64,000 nucleotides of DNA from Candidatus Bathyarchaeota archaeon (lineage in GTDB: Archaea > Thermoproteota > Bathyarchaeia > Bathyarchaeales > Bathycorpusculaceae). Position 1 is the stretch's first letter. Each line of letters begins with the position of its first letter. The notes beneath the pieces were generated by a model. That model was not told where the DNA came from. It worked only from the letters and a program-made list of their open reading frames with translations, and searched no databases. Location: positions 1 through 64,000 of the forward strand of contig CAWEPZ010000011.1 in the NCBI GenBank assembly GCA_963811105.1, written 5' to 3'. Of this stretch, positions 24,306 through 36,803 are shown in pieces. The translations under genes were made by a program, and so were the position numbers.

Positions 24306-24659
24306 GATTTTCCCCTCATACCTACAAGTTAAACTGGCGACTTTTGCTTTTGACTCGATTGTTTCTGATTTCATAACTCCAAATAGAAACATTCAATAAA
24401 AACATTATTCCAATTCTTTTCTCTTCTAATGTCATTCTAAGAGACAAGCGCACTTATATGAAAAAGCATAGATCAGCTCTTGAATGCAGCTCTCATCTGT
24501 TTTGCTTAAATGATCTGAAAAGTGAACAGATTAAATATTTATTGTATAGATTGTTTGAAGGCATTTTCTACTTAACAAAAGTCTCAGAGTTAATGTTAAA
24601 ATTTGGTTCTTAAAAAGTGGTGTTGATAAAGCAAGTTCGTTCGCTTTTTTATCTCAACA

Positions 24660-25716
24660 AACTTATCGTCAACTTTTTCTATCAGCAATCGTGCGAATAT
24701 TTCTAGGTTTCAAGTCTAACGATAGGGCACTTCAAAGCTTGTGCACCAAATCCTTCTTTAAAAGCTTTTACGCCTTTAAGCCCAGCACTTGGATTGAAGT
24801 CAAACCAAGTATAGCTTTTTTCGCATGCGTTCTTGATGACTTCGTACAATAGAAGATTTACTCGGTTTAAGATTGAAGTAGGTTTCTAATAGATGCACCA
24901 TGCCAATCAACAAAATGTTTTTTTGAGTGAAAACAAAGTGCCCCTGAAATAACTTTATCTTGATAAATAGCCAACCAGAGTTCGACATTGGGTGAATTCC
25001 TTCTGAAGATATCATGAAAGAGTTCCCACGAATACTTATTCGCCAAGTAATCGATTTCCCCATCTATTTACAGTATTTCGTAAACCTGATAATAGTCTAG
25101 CCAATCTTCAATCGAGGAGGAGATTCTTACTGAAACTCCATTTTGAATTGCCTTTTTCACAGCACGCCTATGGTCCCTAGACATGTTTGATGCAATTACA
25201 TCAAATCCTTTTTCCAGATTAATTGCGTGAGTTTCACCCTCATCACTAATACTAACGCCAGATTTTAAGGCAATATCATCATAAGGATTCAACCTCCAAA
25301 ATAAATTGTTAAATTTCTTTTTTATTAGATTTAATAACAAGATCGCATGATTATTATCTAGTTTATCTGCTGAGATCCAGCCGCCATAAGTACATTCAGG
25401 GGATGAGACATATAGTCTTCTTGTGCCCATTAAAATTGGCATTATACCTTCTTCCGTTAAGCATGAAAATGGTAATAAAGCTCTTTTGCCATCGGAGAAC
25501 ATGACAAGAAAAGGGGTTAAGGACATTTTTCTTTTGGTGTAACAACTCCATATTTCAGCCCATTCTCTAGAGTGAAAATATGTTGAGTAGTCACATTCAT
25601 GCCAAATCTTGTCCCATTCAGAAAGTGAAGCTGGACGGACATTTGCGATTGAAATACTAGTTTTCCGTTGAGGTTTGGGTTTCTATGTCGGAGGCTGTAA
25701 AGAAGTTTCTCGTCAT
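24660..25716 (-). CDS. GNAT-fold FemAB-like acyltransferase (frameshifted)
   Basis: Motifs STYFHSREW, YGGWIS, RDHRRAVKKAIQNGV and WFDFNPS..GVKAFKEGFGA. The 3' end is approximate. Confidence 0.75.
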
Positions 25717-25822
25717 CTCAATCACTTTTCTAAACATTCAGAATAAGATCTAATTGCTTAAATAGTTATTTTCGCAGACTTTTGAGTCGAATGTGAGACA
25801 AACTTGAAAACACGTAGGTTTT

Positions 25823-26680
25823 TCAGGATGTTTGGGATAGGTAATATATCCAATGATCCATAGTGTTATTCGGATTTTTGATTACTCGTCCATTTGTTAA
25901 ACTATACATTTTGGTACTTGAATAGCCTAATTCGCTTAGCTGTTTGAGTTGCTCGTTAGGTGTAATGTAGTAAGTTTTCAACCTGAAATTCAAAAGCGTC
26001 ATCTTTGACCATTCTATGTTTTGAGTTTCTTAAAGGGTTTCTAATTGCCTTCCATGCTTCCCTTGTATTAAAAATACGCATTTGCAATAGCTCAAAAATT
26101 CTCAAGGCAAGGATAGAAGGGTGTTTTGAAAGCTTGAAGTGAGCACTTTTTCAATTAGAAAATTCAAGTTATGTGTTGAAAAGCAGAAATAACCTCCCGC
26201 CTTTAGGATTCGCCGTATTTCCACTAGAGTCCTAATTCTCTCTTCATGGTTCGACATAATCAATTCCATTAAAACTAAATAATATAAAGTCGAATGTGTT
26301 ATCATGAAAAAGCTTCATGGTTCTTGCATCAGCAAGTGTTGAAAAGAAGCTTTTGCTGGAAAAATGCTGAATTTTTGTCGGCAAGCGTTTATCATTTTAC
26401 TGGAGTAATCTATGCCAAGATATTCTTTAGCTAAAACTGCAAAATGTACGGTAGTACGACCTGCACCTACGCCAATATCAAGCATTTTCATTTGAGGTAG
26501 TCTTTCTCTAAATTCATTTAGTATTGTCTCTTCTGGTTTTTGCAGTAATGCCTGTTCAACATAAAACGAAACAACGTCATTCGATTCGTAGACCTGCAGA
26601 TTGTTTTTTTGTAAGATTCCAATGCTAATTATCTTGATAAATTTTGTAAAGTTTGTAATAAAAGATGGCGCTTGCAGCAA
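25823..26680 (-). CDS. Class I SAM-dependent methyltransferase (frameshifted)
   Basis: Motifs MLDIGVGAGRTT, GIDYS and EIRRILKAGGYFCFST. Confidence 0.85.
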
Positions 26681-26740
26681 TCACATTATCTCCAATTGGT
26701 AGTCTATGTAATAATTGCTAACTTTAATTAGAAAACCTTT

Positions 26741-27599
26741 TTGGGCAATGAAGGCAAATATCTATGCTATGTGGTAATAATGATCATTGATACGATCAGA
26801 TTGTTTCTTGGATACGACAGAGCAGTCGCTCGACAGTTTTTAAGGTTAAAGGACCTTGGAAACTTCCAAGTAAAATGTATGTATGAAGCTAAGGGATTCG
26901 TAGATCATTACATTCCCGAGTTTGAACTTCAACCACCTGAAACGCAGATCTTTCAGGAACTAAGAAAGGACCTGCCAAACTTTAGAATGCTCGACATTGG
27001 AGTTGGTGCAGGACGAACTACAAAACATTTCGCTTCCATCTCCAAAGAGTATGTGGGTATTGATTATTCGACTGCAATGGTAGGGGCCTGCAAGAAGAAA
27101 TTTCCACAATTTAGGATCGAAGTCGCGGATGCCAGGAATCTAAGCAAGTTTGAAGATCATTATTTTGATTTTGTTTTGTTTAGCTTTAACGGCATAGATG
27201 CCGTTGAACACGAAGACCGTTTAGCAATTCTACGTGAGATCCGAAGGGTCTTGAAAAAAGAAGGCTACTTTTGCTTTTCAACGCTAAACTTGAATTCCAG
27301 GTTAGCAAGACCCCCATTTAAGTTTTACAAGGACCCATTGTTGCTGTCAATTGGCATTTACAATTTCATACTTAACACAAATCTTCGGAAGGCAAAATGC
27401 ATGCATGAAATGATTTATTTGAAATATAGAGAATTTCTTGCTCGACTTTATTTTATTTTACCAGGAGAACAACTTAGACAACTTTCAGATGTTGGATTCT
27501 CAAGATACTAAGGCTTATGATCTTAAAAATGGAAATGTAGTTAATGACCCAACGAAGATGTTCGATTTCTATGTTTACTTTCTGACTAGAGCTAACTAA
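26741..27599 (+). CDS. Class I SAM-dependent methyltransferase, paralog of the divergent neighbour
   Basis: Motifs MLDIGVGAGRTT, FDFVLFSFNGID and EIRRVLKKEGYFCFST. The C-terminus extends to 27599 via an indel. Confidence 0.88.
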
Positions 27600-27635
27600 G
27601 AATTAAGAATAAAGGTAAGAAAGAAACATAGTTTG

Positions 27636-28755
27636 TTAAAAAAATCGGTGCATCTCATTTTTGATGAGTACAAAGTTATTGATCTGGGAATTCAGAAGTC
27701 TATTTTGAGATTTCACGAAGGAATATATTTTCTCCGGTTTACAGCCTCTTTTATACTTAGCGTCTTCTGAACCCCATCGATAGTAGATCTTTTGTATCCC
27801 TTGTTCGATTGCCCATTTAATCGGCGCGTAGTAAGCGAGATTGAAGTAAGTAAAGTCAGATTTTTTTTGCAATGAATAATCGAAACCTGCTATGAATCCA
27901 TCTGCAGAATTATCTTTGCGAATGAACAAAGTAAAGCCAATTATTTCTTCAAGCCTTTTTGCAAGAAAAATGACAACATTATCTTTTGCGCAATCATACA
28001 AAGTCTCATAGAAAAATGGTTGAAGTCTTTGTGCCCATTTATTGTATTTTGTGGTTTGCTCGTATGACAAGTCAGAGAATATACGTGACAATTTCTTGAA
28101 ATCGGTCACCACTTCAATAGAAATTCCATTTTCAAGGCAGCTTCTTATTTCCTTTCTTACTTTATGTCTAAATTCAGTTCTTAAGAGAGTTAATATATTC
28201 ATCCAGATTTTTCCAGTCCACTTTTACATATAAGGTATTTTTCCAAAAGAATTTATGATATCCTAATTTCTCAAGGGTGACCATTAAATCTTTATCAAAC
28301 TCTGAGACAAACAAAAAAGAGCTAAACCATATTCGCTCCCTTTTGCATATTTTATCGATTGAAGCAGAGAGACTACGAATGATTTGCTCATTTTGTTCCT
28401 TAGCGGAAAATACTTTGGTGCGGAAACACCAAGGAGAATAACATAATAAAACGTGGTTTTGGCCAATACGTAACCGATTGCTTAAGGCTAAACTCTTTTT
28501 CATAAGAGGGATAACTCGGGGACCATATTGAAAATATTGACCGGCGAGATCCCTAAAACAAGGAGTAAATCCTGCTAACTTTCCACCATTATAGGCTGTA
28601 ATATAAAAAGGATCGAGCTTGATTGGAGGATTGGACTTTTCAAGTGTTCTCAGCCACCCATAAGTAAAAAAAGGATCGTCAACTAATGAATCAATCGCGT
28701 CTTTTCCTATTTCGTCGATAGTTTTGAAGACTCTCGTTTCTACGTCCATTGTCAC
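27636..28755 (-). CDS. GNAT-fold FemAB-like protein (frameshifted)
   Basis: Motifs DPFFTYGWLRTLE, LCYSPWCFRT and YFNLAYYAPIKWAIE..KYKRGCKP. Confidence 0.8.
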
Positions 28756-29305
28756 CCGATTATCACCATTTTCTCTCTTTTAACATGTTCTGAACTACTT
28801 AAGATCAGCTAAATTTTTCTTTTTCTTCTTCATTTGAAGGAATTTGGTAAATCTTGATAAGTATAAACTATTAACAGATCTATCAATGGAAATGCAAATA
28901 GTCAAAAAGGCAAATTTAACAGTATCTTGATGGCCTCACTTTCCAAAAAAACGTTGCAAAAAATTTTCATTCTTCAATATTTTTTCATGAAAAAATGAAA
29001 GGACCTCAATTGATAAAACGAGTAATCTTTAAACTTATTAGTAAACGTAGAATGAAGACGGTCTTTTTCTGAATTTTAGCCGTATCTAAAACCCCAATCT
29101 GATGGAATTATAAACTAGAAAAATGCTTAGGCTTAGTTCTGAAGATTCAGCGACAAATTCTTTTACTTGACATCTAATTGAGACATTTTTTAAAATTAGT
29201 AGTTGGGATAAAGAAGTATAAGACATTTATAAAATCTAATGATAAGATTATCAAATCAATAAAATCCATCGATTTGAATTATCTTTTCGCTACAAAATCA
29301 TAAAA

Positions 29306-30475
29306 CTAGAGATTTTTAAAATAATCCATAAAAACATGTGACTTCACATTGTAATAAAATCTGTTTTTCAATAGATTGTTCATGACAGGACCAAGAACAA
29401 TGTTGTGGCATTTGATGAAGGAATAGGTTTGTTCAGGTTTGCATCCTCGAGCTACCTTGGCTTTTTCATTAAGATATCTAAAATATATTTTCTTTATCTT
29501 CTCATCGATTGCCAATTTAATGGGTTCATAATAACCAAGATTGAAATAGATAAACGATGTATTTGTCTGAGAAGCATAATCACACCCGTACATGTACATA
29601 TCAAGTACGTCTTCGTGTTGCAACCCAAGGGAAAAACCGACGACTTTGTCGTTCTTTCTAGCTACAAACAACTTTACTTTATCTGTTGCATATTTTTGCA
29701 GTATTTTGAAGAAGGAAGGGTCGAGTCTGGTCTGCTCTGTGGGATTGTATTTTGAAGAAACATTTGCTCCAAGATCTGAAAGTTTTTCTGCAATATTTTC
29801 AGTTATTGATTCTTCTTTAATAGTCACTCCGTTTTCCGAGCATTTTTTGATCTCATGTCTAACGGTCCTTCGTCTTCCCAGTTTTAGGCTTTTCAACATA
29901 GTCCTCGAAATTTGACCAGTTGACATCAAGATAGAAAGTAACGATATTAGGAAATTTCGCGTAATTTAGACTCTCAAGATTTTTCATAAGTAGATTCGTC
30001 GAATTCTGAAACAAAAAGAAATGAGCTAAAAAGTATTCTTTGTTTTTTACAAATATCATCGATTTTATTCGAAAACAAACTTAGAATTGTCTTGTCGACT
30101 GTATTCGTTGGCAAAAAAAACTTTCGTACGGCAACAAGCAGGCGAATAACACAACAAAACGTTTCCCTTGAACAAACCTAAGTATTTGACCAACATTCAA
30201 AACTTTTTGAGAAAAGGTAGTATGTTTGGTCCCCAATCAAAGAAGTCATTAACCTTATCTATAAAGCAAGGTGCAATTCCTATTGTTTTCGCTTTGTTAT
30301 TTATAGATAGGTAAATTGGTTCAGGAAGCCTTCCAAAGGATTCCATAGTTTTAAACCAGCCATATGTAAAAAAACTGTCATCCGAAATCTGATCAATGGA
30401 TTCTTTGATTTCATCTACTGTATGGTAGACTTTGACCTCATTTTGCTGAACCATTAGGAACCATACCGTTGGCAA
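29306..30475 (-). CDS. GNAT-fold FemAB-like protein, tandem paralog (frameshifted)
   Basis: Motifs DSFFTYGWFKTME, LCYSPACCRT and YFNLGYYEPIKLAID..KVARGCKP. Confidence 0.8.
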
Positions 30476-30610
30476 TTAATATGAATCTTTTAATAAAAAG
30501 CTTTGAATAAATTCGATTCTGAAAAGAAATGGAATCCTCAGTTCAAAGAATGATTTTATAAAATACTTCTCAACGTTGCCAAAGTCTTTAAAACTTCAAC
30601 GCTGGTTGAT

Positions 30611-31724
30611 TTATCGTCTCAAAGTTGTTTTAATAAAATCTCTGGCAGTATTGTAAATAAGAGACTAAGAAATCTTCATTTAGCCACCTCTTCGCTAGAA
30701 AATTTGAGCGAAGAAAGGGAAATGCAAGCGCACGTGCCAAGGCTTCGTTCCCAAAACGCCTGTAAACCGCTAATGGATCAGATATCCATGAACTAACTGC
30801 AATAGCGACCCCTAAGAGAGCGACTATCTTATAGAATTCAAGCCTCTGATTAACATCTCCCTGGAATTTTTTGGCGTATTCTGAAACAAAGGTTTCAGCA
30901 GTCTCTTCACCTATCTTAGATTTTTTGTCATTATACATGAGTTTAACCATGTGATATGCGTAACCGACGTCGAAAGCAGGATCACCGATCGTTACACTTT
31001 CCCAATCAATTACTGTTAGTCTATTGATGTTCGTTAGTAAGGTATGGCCCGGATGATATTCACCATGAATTAAACAATATTTAGGGCAATTATTGTATGC
31101 AGCATTTGACTCAAGCCAACTTATCGCATAATCGAAATCTTTCTTCAGAAATCTATAATGTCTAGTTTCCTTTACAAATTGTTTCAAGCAAATAAGCCGC
31201 TCCCTCGCGAATTCAGAGTCATCTTTGGGCAATCTAAGGCTCTTAATTCCCAGATTATCCACCTTCAAATTATGGAGATCGGCGAGAGTAGTTAGCGAAA
31301 GAATTAAGCTTGCTAACGCTTTCCTGCACAATTGCTTCTTGTCTGCATTATCAAAAAAGGATAACCGAGAAAAAAAGAATCACTCTCGTAAAGATAGACC
31401 TGCGGCACAGGAAAACCTACGAGAGCGAGGGCTTTCAGAGTGTCATATTCTCTTACGTATGGTCTTACTTCTTCGTCTGGATGATAAATCTTGAACCAGA
31501 GGCGAACATTTTCGTTATAACCTTTTAAGAACAAGATTAAGACCTTGCTCAGAATCTTCCTTGTTGAATTTTAAAAAGAAGGAATAAACATTATTCGCCA
31601 TTCCTCCTGAAAGTTTCTTTATGTTTAGAACCCGAATATCGCTGGCATCTTTAGGTAAAAGACTAGAATTACCATAATGTGCTAGCAAACGTAGGTAATA
31701 TTCAAGTTTTTTTGGATCTAACAT
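30611..31724 (-). CDS. APH/phosphotransferase-family protein, paralog 1 (frameshifted)
   Basis: Motifs LSGGMANNVY, GFPVPQV, FLGYPFLIM, HGEYHPGH and IDWE..IGDPAFDV. Confidence 0.8.
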
Positions 31725-31945
31725 TTTTCCAGATCACAAAACTCTTTGACAGTTAACATCATAAGTCTTATTTTCCAAATGCATTATAATTATTCTTATC
31801 CTAAATCGTAAGAATAGTTTTTTTAGGCTAAAAATTAACAGACAATATCCAAGCCTTAAAGGATTACTCGAAATTCCTTTTACATAAGTTCTTCATGAAT
31901 TCACATTTCAATTGTCAATGATGATTTCAATTGTAATTAGCATGA

Positions 31946-33123
31946 TTAAGCATGTTTAGTTTCTTTTAGAAGGTTCAGGTAATCGTTTGTCATGCGTTCA
32001 AGCTGAACATTTCTTCTGCTCGCTTTCTAGCATTTTGACCCATCTGAAGCAAGTCTCTTCGTCGAGTAATAGCGCCCTAACATGAGATGTAAGTTGATCA
32101 ATGTTTCCCCATTCGGCAAGAAACCAGTTTTACCGTGAACTATCGCTTCACTATTTGCCCCAACATCGTAAGCAACAACTGGTTTTCCAGTGAGCCATTG
32201 CTTGTATAACCGAGTAACTCATAGCTTCTGGCCACAAAGACGGCAAAAGAAGCAAATAACTTGATCTAAATATCTCCTGCAATTCCTCCTTATTCCAAAC
32301 ATAACCTTGAGTTTCAAAAGTTTCCTCGCAGTTCTGTTTGACCAACCCAAAGAAAGCGGACATCAGGAAACTCTGGCTTAAGATTTTTTGAAACTTGCAC
32401 AAAATGGTGAATCCCTTTTTGCCTGTTGATATTGTATAGAGAGAAAAAGCACAGTTTTTGGTTTATTAAAAGAATGTAGGGGTTTGATAACGTTCAAATC
32501 AACCCCATTATATATCACATGAACCTTACAAATATCGAAAAATCTTCGCCATCATTTTCTTTAAAAACAGATTATCGCTTACTACAGCTGAAGCATGATT
32601 GAGTTTCGTCCTGATATTATTTATCTTAAGCATAGAAAGTTGCGTAAAAGGTAAATAAGCGATAGAAGGTATGAAAGAAGGTATTTCTCCGACAAACTTT
32701 GCACGTTTTGCCAAGCAAAGACCACAACTCTTGCTTGGTCCATCACAAGGAGACTCGGTTATCTCATTAAAGAGACAACTTAACGGACAAACAGGCCAAA
32801 GAATCTGAGCCTGAGCAATCGTTGGTATCCTTGAAAGCACACCTGCCCAAAAAGCGGAAAAATCAAAATCATACCAATTCATTATCAGGTCTGGTCGAAT
32901 TTTTTCAATCTGCCGCTTATATGCACTAACAACTTTGGGGGCCAATACCGACTGCGAAACCCATGGATTCAAAAGACTCCACTTACGTGGGCGGTCACGT
33001 TGTACAAACATTTAGTTACAAGAATACCTTTATCTGAAAAAAAATGGTCTACTAATCGTGCAATTTTAGGTTCTCCACCAGGCCAAGATGGTCAAGTACA
33101 ACACCTGTAAAGAGAATTTTCAT
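31946..33123 (-). CDS. Glycosyltransferase family 4 (frameshifted)
   Basis: Motifs VIYNGVD, LPSLWPEAMSYSVIQAMA and MFSLERM. Confidence 0.78.
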
Positions 33124-33449
33124 CCTTGAACCCATCCCCTTCATGGCAAAAAACCCATCGTTATCACTTCTCGAGGTTTAATATTTGAGCTTATATCTAT
33201 CAACTACAAAAATCTTTAATTAATGTACTTCATTAGAAAGAACGCAATCATGGTACACCATTCTGATAGAGATTATAAACAGACTTACCCAAATCCTCGA
33301 AAGAATTCAATACTCTTGCCATTTTATGACCTTCGAAATTTAATACTGAAGATATACTATTTAGATTCTTGCTCGGAAAGAAACGCATAAAAGTTAAGAG
33401 GGAATTTTAACCGATTAATTATCGCTAAATAATTCGCGAGTGATAAATA

Positions 33450-34447
33450 TTATTTTTCTAAATGCAACTTTCTTCGAGAATATTTATATGTCTGTTCAAT
33501 TTTCCATTTCAATGACGATCTTTCCATCGTAAGGAAAGGGGGGCTGAATTTTTTGTAGGCTCTTTGGTTTTGTGTCCAGTCATCTTTCAGCAGCTCTTTT
33601 AGAATTTTATTACATTTGGGATCTTCACTTTTAAGTGGGGGGATATATGCATCGGGAAAATACGGAATATCGACAAAAAGCTTTGAAGCAGCTATTCTAT
33701 ATGCTTCTAGTTTTGGATTTAATACTTTTGCAAATCCGGATAACGCAGACTGGTTCTTGATAAGATACTTGCATCTTGACAATAATAAACAATCAAGGAC
33801 AGCATGATCTCCTTTTGAATATGAATCCGTTTTCTCAAGGTTTCTCCAAAACCCTACTTCACCTGTTTCGATAACTCTTTTGTCTGTATAATTCTCTTTA
33901 ATTGCCTGCTTTATGCCTAATTCATCAGACGCAATAAAAATTGTGTCAATATCCCGATGGTTATCGACGAAGTCATTAATTAAGCTTAGAAAATCGTCAT
34001 GGGAAACAGGATTAGTTTGCTTATAGTCTTTGTTCTTATCGGTTCCTCTATAATGTAAACCAAGTGCCCGATTCATATCGCCAAATGATTCCGCATGTTT
34101 CAGGATTCGAGGGGGATACAAAAATACGCATTCCATATCTTGTTGAGATCAGCCCACTGATTACCCAAAACACTCGCAAAATGGTATCTCAGATCTCTCA
34201 AATCGATATCTTTTTTTGTTTGATTATTTTTTGTTTTATAACTTAGATCAAATATCCCAGGTATAACATTGAAATCTGGTTCGATCCCGTAAACCAAGGA
34301 AGTTATCTTCCAATCTGGAAAAATTTGATCTTGATAGAGTTTGGGGAGAACTTCAAATACGCCTAAGACAATTTGCCCAAAAATACCTTCTGTTAAAAGG
34401 TGTGGCGGAGTAAAAATGATCCAATTTTCGGTTGCCATTTCAAACAA
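33450..34447 (-). CDS. NodZ/GT23-like (fucosyltransferase-superfamily) glycosyltransferase (frameshifted)
   Basis: Three motifs typical of the alpha-1,2/1,6/O-fucosyltransferase superfamily: LGLHYRGTDK, IFIASDE and DCLLLSRCKYLI..S. Confidence 0.72.
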
Positions 34448-34628
34448 ACCTTAACAAATCTTTTTTTACCATGTTTGAACCCGAAGTCTTTAAAATTTTA
34501 GTCCACCGGGGTGGTCGAGAAAAAGTGGAAAATGTTTCCAACTTATTTATCCAACATTGATCATTTCGAAAAAAATGAAAATTGATTTGACACATGCTTC
34601 ATATTGAAAATTACTGGATAAATAAGTT

Positions 34629-35792
34629 CTATCTTGCTCGGCCGCCTTTCTTTAATGAGGTAATTATTTTCTCGAATTCTTGTTCGGTCATGAACGGAAA
34701 CATTGGAAGTGAAAGAATCTTGGAATACAATGCTTCTGCTTGCGGAAAATCTCCTTTTCGGTATTTTGTAGTTTTTTTGTAGTAGGAAAAAATGTGTAGA
34801 GGGGGATAGTGAACTCCTGTTGTTATGCCCTCTTTTTTCAGAAAATCATAAAGTTTGTCTCTTTTCAAAGGGTACTGTTTTTCAACTTTGACTTCTAACA
34901 GATGGAAAACGCCTTGTCGATAGATGTCAGATTCTGGATCATGGAGCATTTCAATGCCGTCGATTTTTTCTAACTCTTCTTTATACCTTTTTGCTATTTT
35001 CCGTCTAGATTCAATGATAAGGTCAAGTTTTTCCATTTGTTTAAGTCCGATTACAGCCTCAATTTCGCTCATCCTAAAATTGAAGCCTAAATCAGTAACG
35101 TCGTAACGCCAATGAGCGAACTTTTCCTTTGGAGTCTTGCTTTGACCATGATTTCTTATTAAGAGAGCTCTGTCTTTAACTTTTTCACTACTTGTGACAA
35201 GCATCCCTCCTTCTCCCGTCGTCATATTTTTTGTAGCATAAAAACTAAAACAACCTGCATCTCCAAAACTGCCAACTTTCTTATCTCCAAATTTTGCACC
35301 GACAGACTGAGCGCAGTCCTCCACCATTCTTAAGTCTATGTTTCTTGACCAATGGACCGATCTGTTTCATGTTGCATGGAAAACCATACAGGTGAACGGG
35401 TATGACACATTTGATTTTGTCATTTTCTTCGAGTTGGGTTGCTAACTTTGCCGCATCAAGTTCGCCGTCTTCTCCTACGTCGCAGAACAAGACTTCAGCC
35501 CCTAGCCATCTAACAACATTCGCGGTTGCGACGAAAGTATTTACTGGAACCACAACCGAGTCGCCATTTTTTATTCCTAATCCATCCAAAGCTAAGTACA
35601 AAGCGGAGGTACAAGAATCAGTAGCTACACCATATTTAGACGATATATAATTTGCAAAGGCTTCTTCAAACTTTATCGTTTTTGGACCCATGGTCAGCCA
35701 ACCAGATTCAAGAACTTCTCGAATTGAATCTAATACCTCAGCGCCTATAGTATTTTGAGGCTTGTACAATGGAATATGGTCTACAATATTCA
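34629..35792 (-). CDS. DegT/DnrJ/EryC1/StrS PLP-dependent sugar aminotransferase (frameshifted)
   Basis: Motifs SGWLTMGP, IPVHLYG, EDCAQS, FSFYATKNMTTGEGG, GFNFRMSE and LSLPMFP. Confidence 0.9.
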
Positions 35793-36723
35793 ATACCTCC
35801 AATGATAGATTTATTATCTTTTTAACTTTTACTAAGTTTTCTTGTACAAAGGTGTCGGTTTTCGGAGCATAAGTTAGGCTTCGCTCGGGCCAATTCTCCC
35901 GAAGACCATTGACAGTCGGAGAAGTTTTGAGCTCACAGATTTCGCCCTTGATAGCAACGAAAGTAAGATGATCCGGATGATGAATTCCAGGCTTTCCAAA
36001 ATTCATATGTGCTGGATTAAAGCATTCGTAAATAGAAGAAAAACCTGCTTTGCTGAGTAAGTTGATTAAGGATGGCCGGGTGAACCAGAAACTAGTCATA
36101 TTATCTATTGAGTAAAAGAGACGTTTCGCTTTCTCCTCTGCTGTGGCATTTTCAGGGTGTTCCCGGAATATGGTGCCCCAGTATTCGTCATTGTTATACT
36201 CTACCCGCTCGATTGGCTCAAGAGCTACCCGGACATCAAGTACTATAAGTCTATTTACCATCTCATACATAGTTTTGATAAGGTTAATTGCATCAATAGC
36301 GGGCAAATGATAGAAAACGCCACTGCAAATAATTGCATCAAATTTTCCATAAGACGCAACAGATATTTTTCTAATATCATCTTGTCGAAACTCTAAGTTT
36401 TTTAGGTTTAGAACTTCTTTGCTGAATATGGCTTTCTTAATATTGGCTTCTCTTGCTTCCACGCCAATTGTGTCTGCCCCATGTAATGCAAATTCGATGG
36501 AGAACATCCCATCCGAACATCCTAAATCGAGAATGCGGGATTCAGAAATTGGCTTCTGAGATAGATCGTTCACAATTTGGACTATTTTCCTAAGTCTTGT
36601 CTGGGGTATCCCCTGATTTCCTTTAGTCCAGATGCCAAAAGGAAGAGGAATGTCAAAGTTCCATTCGCCATATTTAAGTTTAAGTTCATCAAGTTCTTGC
36701 TGAATCTGTTCTTTGGTGTACAT
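35793..36723 (-). CDS. Class I SAM-dependent methyltransferase (in frame with the downstream DegT)
   Basis: Motifs ILDLGCSDGMFS, GVEAREANI and FDAIICSGVFYHL. There is no stop before the DegT domain in this assembly. Confidence 0.8.
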
Positions 36724-36803
36724 TATTCTGGGCTCTCCTAACTTTATCCGTTTAGGTAATTATTTTAATCTTTCTTCCATAAGAATAATATGTCGAAAAC
36801 TTA

